DNA from: Octopus sinensis
Lineage: Eukaryota
DNA length: 64,000 bases
Direction: 5' to 3'
Assembly (NCBI RefSeq): GCF_006345805.1
Contig: NC_043017.1
Span: 12,276,001 to 12,340,000, forward strand
The notes under the pieces were generated by a model, which saw only the letters and a program-made list of their open reading frames with translations, was not told the origin of the DNA and did not search any database. Of this stretch, positions 49,216 through 63,903 are shown one piece after another (positions within the stretch are counted from its first letter, which is position 1; every line of letters begins with the position of its first letter). The position numbers and the translations under genes are program-made.

Positions 49216-52200
49216 GGGGAATATATATGCCTAAGAATCTGGGAAACCAGCCTTATGAGCCTATGCCTTGGAAAGTGCCTCGATCCTTTGAAGTCGTTTA
49301 TGCAAAAATTGAGTTCACACAAGGTTATGGAAAAAAGCATTTGTCCAAGGTGTCAGGCAATGGGAATTGAATGCAGACCTCTTGACCACATGCCCACATC
49401 TGCATCCATCTGTAGAATATTTTCATGAGTTTGTATATGCTTGTGTGAGTGCTTGCGTGTGTGTGATGCGTAAATGTTGAGATGAGAGAATTAAAAGACA
49501 AATTTAGAGAAGGAATTACATGAAGAAAACAGTTATTAAAGTTCTGAGACAGTGGCCATCGACAGGAGCAAAAAATAGTAAGAATTACAATGCAATAAAA
49601 ACAGAAAAATACATTTCATATATAAGATACAAACACACATACATATAATATATATATACATATATAAAGTAATGATCTTTCAGGAATAAATGTACTATAC
49701 TTGTATATATATATATGTACAGAGCTATACATATATATACATGCATACATTTTTCGGATTTACAAAAATAAAGTACTCAATACCTACAGTTGAGTTTATT
49801 CAATGATTTGAAGTTGAAGCTTAATTTCATTGCTACATAGTGTTCTCCCAGTTCTGTGTTTTTAGAGCATTTTTTCCATTACTATATAACTACAGAACCA
49901 GAGAACATTCCTGCTCCACGAAACAGCAGCAGAATCAAGCCACAGTTTTGAATCAATGAGGAAACTCACAAAAACAAAGTTAACCAAATATATATATATA
50001 TGTATACATAGACACATGCATGCATATATATACATATATATACACACACAAGCAGGCAGATAGACTTATATACACACTTGCACACAAATGCATTTGTGTA
50101 TAAATGAAGTAAAATGCATATATAAATGTACATTATAGCTCATGTATATACATTACATTTACACATGTATGTTTGTGTGTATACATGTGTGTGTAAACAT
50201 AAGAGTTTAATTTCATGGATCAATTCATCACAAATACATTTCACTGTTATAGATGAATATGGCTCAAATATATTTTATATGAATCTATAAAACACACATA
50301 TATATATATATAGTATACAAAAAAGAAAAAACAACACACACCATATGTACACACATTATATAGCATATAATTATATAATCACGTCTTATAATATACATAG
50401 TAGTCTTAAAGTGACCAAGGGTTTTCTTTAACATAAAGATAACTTAACACATTAATCCTTTTGTTAATATGTTTTTGTTAAACTAGAAGAATTTAGCGAA
50501 CCAACTTTCTTATTAAGTTGGTGTTTGGAATAAAAATTAACACGAAATTTGATCACTTTTAAACAGAAAGTTTGTGGCATAGAATGAGGGGTGGAATCAG
50601 GCAGTCAAATCCCCTAGCTCTCCAGTTCAAACACAGAAAGAGTCAAATTGGCTTGTCTCGCCACTCTAGTGTCAATATAAAGATGTGGTAAATTTTAAAT
50701 TACGATTCAACTAACGAAGCTGCAACTGAGCAGAATGACAGAGTTGGGGCCAATTTTCGATATTCTGATCCAAAGAAGGGAGAGGGGGCTCACAGATTTT
50801 ATAGATCTTTATTGGTGGACGATATCGACACAGTAAATGTTTTGCTTGAACTTTTATGGTTGATATCCAGAGGGAAAACACAGCCATGACAGGTGGGGTA
50901 TGATATATATATATATATATATATGATGGCTGCCCCCTCGTTATCGAGTATGGCCATTGCACGAAGCTTAACTTATTGGTGCTGTGATCGAATGTGACTT
51001 TTTAGCCCAGCTAAAGATCTACAATGTCTTGTACAGAATTGGCAGCTAAAACCATTACCGGTAATAGCCGGCTGTAGTTGTAACTGGGCTTCATGTACCC
51101 TTGCATGTCGTTTAAGTCCTCCTGCCGAATTACACTCTCAACATGCCTGGCAGATATGATTAGTATGGTGTGTGTAACACCACCACCAGTGGCCAGGTTG
51201 TCACTCATCTGTCTCGCTTTATGACTACGAAGATGACTCTTGAGTGTGTGTGTGTGTATATTATATATATATTTTCCTTGTGTTAATTGTCCTGTACTCT
51301 ATTTTTTTGTTGTTTAAGAAAAAATCTCCAGTTCCTAGTGTTTGTGTCTATGTTTTCGTTTCTCATTGTGTTCGACGTTTTTTTGGTGTCCTGTACTCAT
51401 ATATGCGTGTATATATACATATCGAGGTAGGTACGTACATATATGTATATATATATATGCATATGTTTTATTTATTAATATATTATATGACGGAACGCAC
51501 GCATCCCTTTCTGGCGAGCTGGCAGAAACGTTAGCGCGCCGGGCGAAGTGCTTAGCGGTATTTCGTCTGTCGTTATATTCCGAGTTCAAATTCCGCCGAG
51601 GTCGACTTTGCCTTTCATCCTTTCGGGGTCGGTAAATAAAGTACCAGTTTCGCACTGGGGTCAATGTAATTGACTTACTCCCTTTGTCTGTCCTTGTTTG
51701 TCCCCTCTATGTTTAGCCCCTTGTGGGCAGTAAAGAAATATATATAAATACACACACACACACACATAACTTACAAATTGTTATTAAAAAAAACTTTTCT
51801 ATGACACAGTTATGTCCCTTCCGATGTCTTCCGGTACCAAACCGACAAAGCCCACTAATTGTCTACATATGTCTTTTAAGATAATTAAAACACTGTCTAG
51901 AACGTTCTTTATCACAACACTGAAGTCGTACAGCTATTTTTAGAGAGTATATCTGATTAAAACAGCTACTGCATATGATGAATGGGGCCAGTGTTGTCTG
52001 AATATTATTAATAAATAACTGCTCCCTTTTCTTTAAACCTACGCAGACTAGTCTAAGTTATCAGGAATTTACTAACAGTTCCATGTACAGCTTGCTTGCT
52101 TCCATTTTAAAATTATAATAATTGTTATGCTTAATATTGTCCATGGATGAGACCGTCTGGGAGCTGGTTATCAAGAAATTACACAACAGGCAGTGTAGAG

Positions 52201-53461
52201 TACGTTCGTGGTTTGAAAAGCTACTTCAAACAAGTACCTACTTTTTGTATTGCGAATTTCTGTTAAAACAATTGAATTCTAAAGAGCTTTTCTTCTTTAC
52301 ACGACACTGTCTATCTAGTCTATGTTTCATTTACCCTTCTATTCTTCTGTCTTCCTTCTTTTAATACGCCGGGGATTATATATTTATCTGCACACACACA
52401 CACACACACACACCAACGAAGTTACATAAATATGTAATTAGTCTCGTTATGCAAGTCCGTATGTGTGTAAGGTGAGCATATGTGTATACGCATGACAGTC
52501 ATAATTACTAGCTGCGTCATTCTCCGTTCTGAATCCACAGCCTCATTCAATGATTGATCGGTCCTCTCTTATTTTTCATACCTTCGAAGGGTCGATATAA
52601 AAAAAAAAACAACAAAAAAAACCTATCCAGCCATTTACTGATGTCAACTCATATTTCTACGATTATTATTATCATTTTTTCTCAACAATTGTGGGAGGTT
52701 TCGTGTCATCAATGAAAACGTGTTAGAAAGGTGTACATATTCAGAGGTGGTTTACACCAAGGAAACGTGCATGTAACTCGTAAAGGGATCGGATGAAATG
52801 AAGTCCCTGTGAAGTACTGACGTCCATCATCCCTAAATGTGAAAAGAATTTTTGAAGCATCTTCAGAATGTAAGATCATCTAGGGGTGCGAAACCATATG
52901 TACAAAATTCGAGGACTGAGCTGGTCGAATCATTAGAGATTCGGGAAAAAATGCTTTGCGGTATCTTTTTTACCGGTTCTTTACGTTCAAATCACGCTGA
53001 CCTCAACTTAGCCTTTCATTCATCCATCCGAGGGTCGATAAAATAAAGTGACTGTCGTCAAGTGCTGGGGCATCGATTGATATAATCGATTAACCCTTCC
53101 CTGTTTTAATCAGAAATCAATAAGGTTTTGGCGATCTTTCGTCTCTAGTAGACCTTTCCGTCGTTTTTTTTTTTATTGTCATCTATACTAGATACATAAC
53201 GAGTTTCTATCAAAACCACGAAAACCAGATGGTTTTCGAGGCTATTATTAAGATGGTGAGTTGGCAGAATCGTTAACGTCAGAGAAAATGCTTAGCGGTA
53301 TTTCGTTCGTATTTGCGTTTTGCGTACAAATTCCGCCGATGTTGACTTTGCCTTTCATCCTTTCAGGGTCGACAAAATAAGTACCAGTTGAGTGCAGGGG
53401 TCGGTGAAATCGACTTCCCCATCCTCGCCCCACAAAATCTCAAGGCTAGTTGCTTCTAGTA

Positions 53462-53608
53462 CAGTGGTTTCCAGTCTGTGGTCCGCAAAGGTAGTATTGG
53501 GGATCTGTGAACATGTTGAACTGAGAGACCTTTCAATATCCTGGGGTCCGTGGGAAAACTCATTTAAATAAAAGGGATCCTTGGTAGTGAAAAGGCTGGG
53601 ACCCACTG
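53462..53608. mobile_element. hAT (Charlie-like) MITE
   Basis: cagtgg...ccactg; 8-bp TSD ttctagta/ctctagta. Confidence 0.75.
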
Positions 53609-54479
53609 CTCTAGTAGAAAGAATTATTATTATTATTATGCTAATCCCGACTATTTAGGATATAAATGTGGATTCTGCAAAATAGCTAGACTCTACTCAT
53701 ACGATAAACAAAAGGCTTTACTTTGTTTTGTTTTTTTTAGTTATGTCCCTTAAGTTCGAGTTCGAATCCCACACGAGTCAGCTCTGACTTTCATCCCTCG
53801 GGGGACAGGAGGGAGCGAAGAAAAATTAATAAAATACTGTAATTGTTTTACTCAACTATCCTAGCCACTAACTGTAAATTTCAGGGCTTCAGACTATATT
53901 AGAAATAATTATTTCGATAATCTTGACTAATTTCGGGTTTAGGATACCAACGGAGAACTGATTGGTTATCTCCCTTTACGGTTCGGGTTCGAATCTCGTT
54001 GAGGTCACCGATGTCTTTTATATTTCCGTGGTCGATAAAATACTATACCAGTGAATTATTAGGGTTCATATGATCGAGTATACTCCTCATCTTTCTTTTT
54101 CTTCTGCCCACACATTATTTCTAGCTTCAATATTAACATTAAACACCCATACTTAAAGCTAAGTATGACCATGAAACCCTTTGCTGCTGCCCTTCGTGTA
54201 CATAGCGACAACAGCCATTCACTTATTGCGTCGCCGTGGTTTGATAATTAATATACAATATATACTAATGCTAAACAGAAACGTAATAATAGTTTAAGAG
54301 AGAAATAGTTAAAAGGAAAATGTTTACGAACCACCGGCATCGACAGCTTCGTTATCAGACATGATACTTCAGGTCTCGAGTAAATCTCGCTTATAGTCAC
54401 GTGCACATTCGAGACAAAGTTTTTGGTTTTTTTTTTTTTTGGCTTTCCCCACGTCACTATCTGTTCATGGTCTGTCAGA

Positions 54480-54955
54480 CCCCCTCTCTCTCTCTGTCTT
54501 TGTCTCTATGTTTGCCTTTCTCTCTGTCTCTGTCGTTGCCTCTTTCTCTCTGTCTTTGTCTCTCTCTCTGTCTTTGCCTCTCTCTTTGTCTTTGCCTCTC
54601 TCTTTCTTTGTCTTTGCCTCTCTCTCTCACTCTGTCTTTGCCTCTCCGTCTCTGTCTTTGTCTCTATCTCTCTCTGTCTTTGCTGCTCTCTCTCTCTCTC
54701 TCTGTCTTTGCCTCTCTCTCTCTCTCTGTCTCTCTCTATCTCTCTCTCTCTCTCTCTCTTTGTCACTATCTCTCTCTGTCTTTGCCGCTCTCTCTCTCTC
54801 TCTCTGTCTTTGTCGCTCTCTCTCTCTGTCTTTGCCTCTCTCTCTGTCTTTGCCTCTCTCTCTGTCTTTGCCTCTCTCTCTCTGTCTTTGTCTCTATCTA
54901 TCTCTGTCTTTGCCGCTCTCTCTCTGTCTTTGCTTCTCTCTCTCTCTGTCTTTGC

Positions 54956-54992
<37 letters not shown>

Positions 54993-55550
54993 GTCTTTGC
55001 CTCTCTCTCTCTCTGTCTTTGTCTCTATCTCTCTCTCTCCGTCTCTTTGCTTTCTCTCTCATTATTTTTTGCTCCCTCTCTCTGTCACTCATCCCTTTTT
55101 ATTTTTCACTCCCTAATTTTCCTTTGTTGTTATTTCTCCCTCTCTCTTTTTGTTTCCTATCTTACCTTTGTATTTTTCGCCTCTCCTCTTTCTCCATCTC
55201 ACTTGCTTTCATTTTGTCGCTTTCTCTCGCTTCCTCCCTCCCTCTTTCTATATTTCCCTTGTAGTACTCGCTTCCTCTATTTCCTTCGCCTTCACTCCCT
55301 TTCGCTTTTTATTCTATCTTCGCCACGTTTCTCTTTCTCTCTGTCTCCCTCTCACTTTCCCCTTCCCTTTTCTCCTTTTTATTTCTCCCTTTCATTCTAT
55401 TTCTTTCTTTCTCTTTCCTCTCTCTCCCTTTCACACTCTTCCTTCTCTCTCCTTGCATTTTTCTTTGACTTCTTCCTTCCTTTCTATCTCTCTCCCCACC
55501 ATCTATCTCCTACTTCATCCACACTTTTCTCTCTCTCTCTCTCGTCCGCG
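54480..55550. repeat. ~1.07-kb pyrimidine-rich (CT)n / tctctgtctttgcc composite tract
   Basis: Extreme strand asymmetry; source of the Leu/Ser and Arg/Glu pseudo-ORFs. Confidence 0.95.
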
Positions 55551-56161
55551 CGCGCGCTAACCCTAACCCCGATGCAGTAGGTCTTTGGTTTAAGGCATTC
55601 CAGCCATGGCCATTCCATTTTTCTTTCTTTTTCTTTTTGTATTAACAGAACCGAATCAAAGGAACATGTAGGACACGGTCATTCCACCAATCATTTTTTG
55701 CGGTTTTCTCAAAAATGTCTTCAGATTCCTACATTTTCACTAACAGAAATCACAATTTTGCAACAACAAAAATAAAAGCAATATTTATGACATCCTTAAA
55801 GCGGCGAATTGGCAGAATCGTTTGCGCGCTGGACGAACTGCTTGGCAGTATTTCACACATTGCTACGTTCTGAGTTCAAATTCTGCCGAGGGTCGACTTT
55901 ACCTTTTATCCTTTCGGGCCCGATAAAATAAGTAACTAATTGAACACTGGGGTCGATGTAATCGACTCATCTTCTCACGCAAATTTGCTGCCCTTGTGGC
56001 AAAATTTGAAACCAATATTTACTTCATCCTCCCAATAGCAGCCTCGTTAGCACGCCGATCAAAATGCTTAGCGGTATTTCGTCTATCGTTACGTTGTGAG
56101 TTCAAATTTCACCGAGGTTGACTTTGCCTTTCATCTTTTCGGGGTCGATAAATTAAGTACC

Positions 56162-56580
56162 GGATCTTTTCGGTTTGAACGACAGTTTTTTCTAGCGGTG
56201 TCATATGAAATTGTCACCCATAATTATAACCCTAGTATCGATCTATTGCATTTCAATCTGTTTTAGGGTTAGAGGTGGAGGGAACGGTATCTTTTTTTTC
56301 TTCACAAATGTAAATAAACCCAATCTGTTTCTTAAACGAGGGACATATTCATACGGCACAGAATGATTTTTACCTCAATAGACGTCAGTGATTGGTTGAA
56401 ATTGCAGAAATTGAAGGAAAAAAACAACACATATCTTACAAACTATAGAATTTTCTCAATAAAGCCAAGAGAAAAAGATGTTTTATAAACACATCCTACC
56501 AGTACACGAAGTTTAAAAGTGTTTAGTTACGTGGAAAATATTTTTAAAAACTGCCGTTCAAACCGAAATGATCCACGGAG
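56162..56580. mobile_element. Relative of the 45947-46555 MITE
   Basis: ggatctttt cggtttgaacg / cgttcaaaccgaaatgatcc ends; shared right-arm sequence. Confidence 0.65.
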
Positions 56581-57739
56581 GATACCAATTCTGAAAAAAA
56601 AAATATTATTCCAATTTTGTTTTTTAAATAATTCAACTTCCATCTCCGCATTTCCCTATCGACTTCCGGAATATTCACTTGCCCGATTTCAACTTACCGG
56701 AAGTTTTCTAATTCTCCCATTTCATTTGTGCATACATCATATATATGAGCTGGCAGAATCGTTAGCACGCCGGGCGAAATACGTAGCCGTATTTCATCTG
56801 CCGTTACGTTCTGAGTTCAAATTCCGCCGAGGTCGACTTTGCCTTTCATCCTTTCGGGGTCGATAAATTAAGTACCAGTTACGCAATGAGGTCGATGTAA
56901 TCGACTTAATCCCTTTGTCTGTCCTTGTTTGTCCACTCTGTGTTTAGCCCCTTGTGGGTAATAAAGAAATACATATATATACATGCTGACCAAAAGTAAA
57001 AGAATAAAAAAACTAATAGCAGACGACAAGAGGAGGGAGGCTTGAATGTGGTCGCTCAAACTGCTAGAAATAGTGACCAAATTCCCTATAACCTACTACA
57101 TAGAGAAAGTTGTTTGTCCCTTACAATGCGCAAGCATGCCACACTTTTGCTCTTGCACGTTGGCTGACACGTTAGCACGCCGGGCGAAATTCTTAGCGGT
57201 ATTTCGTCTGCCGCTACGTTCTGAGTTCAAATTCCGCCGAGGTCGACTTTACCTTTCATTCTTTCGGGGTCGATTAAATAAGTACCAGTTACGCACTGGG
57301 GTCGATATAATCGACTTAATCCCTTTGTCTGTCCTTGTTTGTCCTCTCTGTGTTTAGCCCCTTGTGGGTAATAAAGAAATAGGTATATAATACCTCATGC
57401 AGCGATGAATATGCCGTGCCTTAATCACTGGCATATTCAATACTGTACACTGTATTTGTAATCAATGCACTAGCGTTACTGCCACAGCCATGCAAGCTTT
57501 ACTGCGCACATGCACATGCACTTCTATTATGCACCTCTACTGCCTTGTTTTGCAACTCGTCTGTGTCAGCTCAATTCTTTTCCCGACTCAAAGCACGTCG
57601 ACGTTCATATGTTCTGAGCTCATGTTTAGACATAATTTCCCCCTGTTAGACCCATCTTTGGTCATGTAATTAACAAAGAAAATTATCTGTCTCACGCATC
57701 ACTCCAGCATGCTTACATGTTGATGGATGCCTGATATAT

Positions 57740-58110
57740 CCTACAATTATATATCCTTTTCAAACTCCAACCGTCTAACACCCGTGGACATATTTACAAA
57801 GTCAGAAAACAGCACAGCTCCCATGACTTTAGGAAACATTTTTTTCACGCTGAGAGATGCTGAAGCATGGAACAAACTGCCGGCATCAGTTGTTAGTTGT
57901 CGGAGCACTGCATCCTTCAAAACTTCCATGCTTTCTGAGATTCGCCAACACTACACCTGATTTTCTCCCCTCCATACACACACAAGCATGTATCTGACTC
58001 ATACATTGTTCGCTTTCCAGACATTTGTACATTACTGCATATACTTTATACGCACTTTCTGACAAGTTGTGGTGCACCTGAGCACTGTATACAATAATTT
58101 CATTATTATT
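57740..58110 (+). mobile_element. CR1/L2-group LINE 3' end
   Basis: FFTLRDAEAWNKLPASVVSCRSTASFK C-terminal motif followed by (att)n tail. Confidence 0.75.
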
Positions 58111-58229
58111 ATTATTAATAATAATAAAATTGCATTATTAATAATAATAAAATTGCATTTACACGGGTTTTCCGATTTCCCAGTCTATCGGTGTTAATGA
58201 ATTACAGCAATTGTCTTTGTTGTTGTTAT

Positions 58230-58285
<56 letters not shown>

Positions 58286-59277
58286 TATATAATGTATAGT
58301 GTATTGAGTATGAAAGGAAATAGTGAGTACTTAGTATGAAAGATTAAGAAAGTGAGAGAGACTGGATTAACGTGTTAACAATACGAGATACTTTATTAGA
58401 CTGCTGCTTGTACAAGGTATCTCCCGGGGCAGGAGATTTACTGATTGCCTCTGTATCAAGGGTGGGCGACGTTAATTGTTCATATTTGTTGTGATGGTTA
58501 CATTAACAGTCTTAAACCAGGGCCGACACAAAACAATTCTTTCTAATTCTGGTAGAAAATCATCAAGCTTCGATGTGAAAAGAAAGTCGATACGTCAACA
58601 ACAATAATCATCTGGTGCTTTTTTTTATATCGACTCCGAAAGGATTTATTAGTAATGTCGACCATGACAGAATTTGGACTCAGAACCGAAAGAGCCGGAA
58701 GAAATGTCACAAAGTATTTGGTTCGGCTCAGTAGCTACTTTTCCCAATACCGAATAACAGATAATGCAAGGGGAACCACTCTGTGTGTCCACATTTAAAG
58801 GCAGATTGTCTCCCATGCTTTGATAAGGCGAGCAGAATCACTGCAGTGATTATATCACCGCATCGATTCTGTTCTTCATTTTCTCCCTTCCACTACATCG
58901 CCCTAAGCATAACTTCCACACACCTTAAAATATATCGTATTTGCCAGCATAAGATGTACTCTGGCAACCGTATTTTACAACGACGATATTTTCAGATAAA
59001 TAGATTTAGTATTTTGTTGTGTTCCTAGACAACAAAATTAGTTTCAACACACGAATTCCCATAAAGAATCTTGCAAACCAGATACAAAAACCAAGTGCAT
59101 TTAGTATGTTTCATCATACACTCATTGAAGGATATTTTGAAGTGGTTTTCTGGTGGTGGGGTGGGGTGGGGGTGATTCTGTGCAAGTAGTTTATCCTGTC
59201 CCTTCTACGACTTTTAGTTCATGTAATTGAAAAAAAAAACCGCATTATTTATGGGATGACCCAATAATTATGAAAGG

Positions 59278-59598
59278 GTGAAGACGCGTAGCTTAGTGGT
59301 TAGGGTATTTAACTCACAATCGTAAGGTCTTGAGTTCAATTACCGGCGACGCGTTGTGTCTATGAGCAAAACACTTTATTTCACGTTGCTGCACTCCACT
59401 CAGCTGACAACAATGAGTAGTACCTGTAATTCACAAGGGGCCAGCCTTGTCACCTTCTGTATCACAGCTGAATCTCTCTGAGATCTACGTTAAGAGTACG
59501 CGTGTCTTTGGAGTACTCAGCCACTTGCATGTCAATATCACGAGTAGGCTGCTCAGTTGATCGGTTCAACTGGAACCCTCGTCGTCGTTACCGTCGGA
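59278..59598 (+). mobile_element. SINE with a different tRNA head and middle fused to the family-A 3' half
   Basis: Shares gtacctgta...gggccagccttgtcac...ctcgtcgtcgt(t/a)accg with family A. Confidence 0.7.
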
Positions 59599-60518
59599 GG
59601 CCCAGTTTACTTTTTTACTCTTTTACTCCGAGCAAATCGACTCCAGAACTTATTATTTATAAGCCTAATACTTATTCTATCGTTTTTCTTTTGCCGAACC
59701 GCTAATGTTACGGGGACGTAAACACACCAGCATCGGTTGTCAAGCGATGCTGGGGGACAAACACAGACACACCAACAAATATACACACACACATACATAA
59801 ATATATATACATATATACGACGGGCTTCTTTTAGTTTCCCTCTACCAAATCCACTCACAAGGCTTTGGTCGGCCGGCCCGAGGCTATAGCAGAAGACGCT
59901 TGCCCAGGGTGCCATGCAGTGGGACTAACCAGGAACCATGTGGTTGGCAAACAAGCAAGCTACTTACCACACAGCCACTCTTACGCCTAGTTTAGTTCAT
60001 AATTATGAAATATTAAAAATAAAGTCGTTTTTTTTTTCTCTAGCCACTGATGGGATATACATTTTTCTGGAAAGTTATAGTGGGACCTGGGGGCAAATAG
60101 ATTGGGAAAAACAGCTGTATAGTGTTAGCAGAACACTGAGCAGCAGTCATGATATTGGCATTTTGCCGAACCGCTAAGTTACGGGGACGTAAAGACACTA
60201 GCATCGGTTGTCAAGCGATGTTAGGGGGTTTACCTCCGAGTTATTTCAGTAGGATAGTGATGGCGTTGGCAGCGATGGTCGTAGAAGTGGTAATGGGATT
60301 GTATATGTTCTGATGTTCTGTCAACAGGATGCAAACGCTGTCACGTGTGTGTGTTTGTCTCCAGGCAAATCACTATTATCATAGCAGTAGTAGGAAGCAA
60401 AAGAAGCGTCATACTCTTACACCCAGCAGAGGTCAAAAGTGTTTACTGCTACAAGTGGCCAATGAGAGAGCTGACCTTGGCCTTGGAAAAGGCCAACTTA
60501 TCATGTTTTGTTTTAAGG

Positions 60519-61240
60519 GCGAAATGCTTAGCGGTATTTTCGTCTGCCGTGGTCGACTTTGCCTTTCATCCCTTCGGGGTCGATTAAATAAGTATCAGTT
60601 ACGCACTGGGGTCGATATAATCGACTTAATCCCTTTGTCTGTCCTTATTTGTTCCTTCTGTGTTTAGCCCCTTCTGGGTAGTAAAGAAAAAGGTATTTCG
60701 TCTGTCTTTATGTTCTGAGTTCAAATTCCGCCGAGGTCGACTTTGCCTTTCATCCTTTCGGGGTCGATTAAATAAGTATCATTTACGCACTGGGGTCGAT
60801 ATAATCGACTTAATCCGTTTGTCTGTCCTTGTTTGTTCCTTCTGTGTTTAGCCCCTTGTAGGTAGTAAAGAAAAAGGTATTTCGTCTGCTGTTACGTTCT
60901 GAGTTCAAATTCCGCCAAGGTCGACTTTGCCTTTCATCCCTTCGGGGTCGATAAATTAAGTTCTAGTTACGCACTGGGGTCGATATAATCGACTTAATCC
61001 CTTTGTCTGTCCTTGTTTGTCCCCTCTCTGTTTAGCCCCTTGTGGGTAGTAAAGAAAAAGGTATTTCGTCTGCTGTTACGTTCTGAGTTCAAATTCCGCC
61101 AAGGTCGACTTTGCCTTTCATCCTTTCGGGGTCGATAAATTAAGTACTAGTTACGCACTGGGGTCGATATAATCGACTTAATTCCTTTGTCTGTCCTTGT
61201 TTGTCCCCTCTATGTTTCGCTCCTGTGGGCAATAAAGAAA
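60519..61240 (+). repeat. Tandem array of four head-truncated family D SINE units
   Basis: ggtattt(c)cgtctg restarts at 60533, 60692, 60876, 61060 (periods 159, 184, 184). Confidence 0.9.
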
Positions 61241-61566
61241 TAAATTACAAATAGAAAAAATAACAATAATAATAATAATAACACACACACACACACACGT
61301 TGATTTTTACTTCATTGAATATTTCTTGCTTTTTTATAGGTTTTGCCGTGGTTAGTTTTCGCAATCGTGCAGTTTATATATGTTGGCAGTTGTTTATCTC
61401 CTAAAGTTTCAAAGTTTTTGAAGATGATCGTTTGTGTGTTCGGGCAGAGGAAATTGTGGATATGTAAGATTTTCAACTTATTTTGGAGGGAATTTTTGTC
61501 GTGCGTTTAATAGTGTTGTTGGAATAAAAGGTACATTTTATCTAATCACAGCTTATTTTGCTGGGT

Positions 61567-61949
61567 GTGGAGGCGCAATGGCCAGTGTTTAGGGCAGCGG
61601 ACTCGCGGTCATAGGATCGCGGTTTCGATTCCCAGACCGGGCGTTGTGAGTGTTTATTGAGCGAAAACACATAAAGCTCCACGAGGCTCCGGCAGGGGAT
61701 GGTGGTGATCCCTGCTGTACTCTTTCACCACAACTTTCTCTCACTCTTACTTCCTGTTTCTGTTGTACCTGTATTTCAAAAGGCCAGCCTTGTCACTCTC
61801 TGTGACACGCTGAATATCCCCGAGAACTACGTTAAGGGTACACGTGTCTGTGGAGTGCTCAGCCACTTACACGTTAATTTCACGAGCAGGCTGTTCCGTT
61901 GATTCGGATCAACCGGAACCCTCGTCGTCGTAACCGACGGAGTGCTTCC
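61567..61949 (+). mobile_element. SINE family A
   Basis: 12-bp TSD attttgctgggt. Confidence 0.92.
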
Positions 61950-62852
61950 ATTTTGCTGGGTATGATGGAAAGTGTCAGTTGTCCACAGCCAGCTGACTAA
62001 GGTGACATTTGTTTACTGGTCATACTTCAAGAACCCTACGAAAAATTCTTACAGTTCCAAGCAATGCTGATTTTTGAAGGTGTTTTCTGCAAGTGATCCA
62101 CCCTTATTGCAGCCCCTATTTGTTCCATGTACTTCTCAAGATTTTTGCTCACTGTTCCCAGTGCTCCGACAATTATTGGTACTACTACCACCTTTTTCAT
62201 CGACCATAACTGCTTAACTTCCCAAGCTAACCTGTCATATCTATCAACTTTTTGGTCCGGAACTCTCGTGGGAAAAAAGTTTCGCGTCCCGGCAAAAGAA
62301 CTCGATGGAATAAGTAGTAGGCATACAAAGAATAAGTTCTGGGGTCAATTTCTTCTGCTAAAACCCATTAAGGTGGTTACCCACCATGCTCACAACTTGC
62401 CTGGGGTTAAACTACAAAAGCAACATTATACAAAAAAAACATTAACAACAACAGTAACAACATCAACAACTGAGTATTTGTCATAAAATATATCTTTATT
62501 GTAATTTTATTTCAACAACACAAAATAACAGAGGAATTAGAAGAATTTATTAAATAATACTGAAAATATACATAATCTTGTTTGTTTATGGGCGTGCCCA
62601 TAAGTATGACTCTCTCTCTCTCTCTCTGTCGCTCTCTCTCTCTCTCTTTTTTCTGTCTCTCTCTCTCTCTCTCTCCCTTCTCTGTCTCTCTGACTGTCTG
62701 TCTCTGTCTCTTTCTATCTCTCTGTTCCTACTTCAGTGAACTTCCGGGTTTATTTGGCAATATGCATTTCAGTGACTGGGTTTTTATTTTTTTCTATTTA
62801 TAAATGACTTGCCAATGTCAATATTTGTCCATGTCTATATACACATACAAAC

Positions 62853-63623
<771 letters not shown>

Positions 63624-63872
63624 ATATGTATGTATATATACATAGATATAAGTAAATGAAGTTGGAAAAGGCACAAGAGAATAGTTTAGGGAATGTTTAA
63701 TATTTTTGTTAGTGAATGATGTAAAATATATCCGGTTTCATTGTATCCATCTTATCAAATATTAGAAAGAATTTTGAAGAGAAGAAAAAATTGGGGGTTA
63801 ACAGTGTGTACCCATATTTGAGTTCTTATTGGCTAAGAACTATAATTTCTCTCAACCCCTTTTCAACTATAA

Positions 63873-63903
<31 letters not shown>

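Noticed and set aside
54168-54222. MAVVAMYTKGSSKGFHG as an alternative PCNP first coding exon
   Set aside because: Phase fits but the donor gtcata is weak and there is no similarity to PCNP; kept only as a possible uORF.
54401-55580. Long ORFs of 225-385 aa
   Set aside because: Translations of (CT)n low-complexity DNA, open in several frames.
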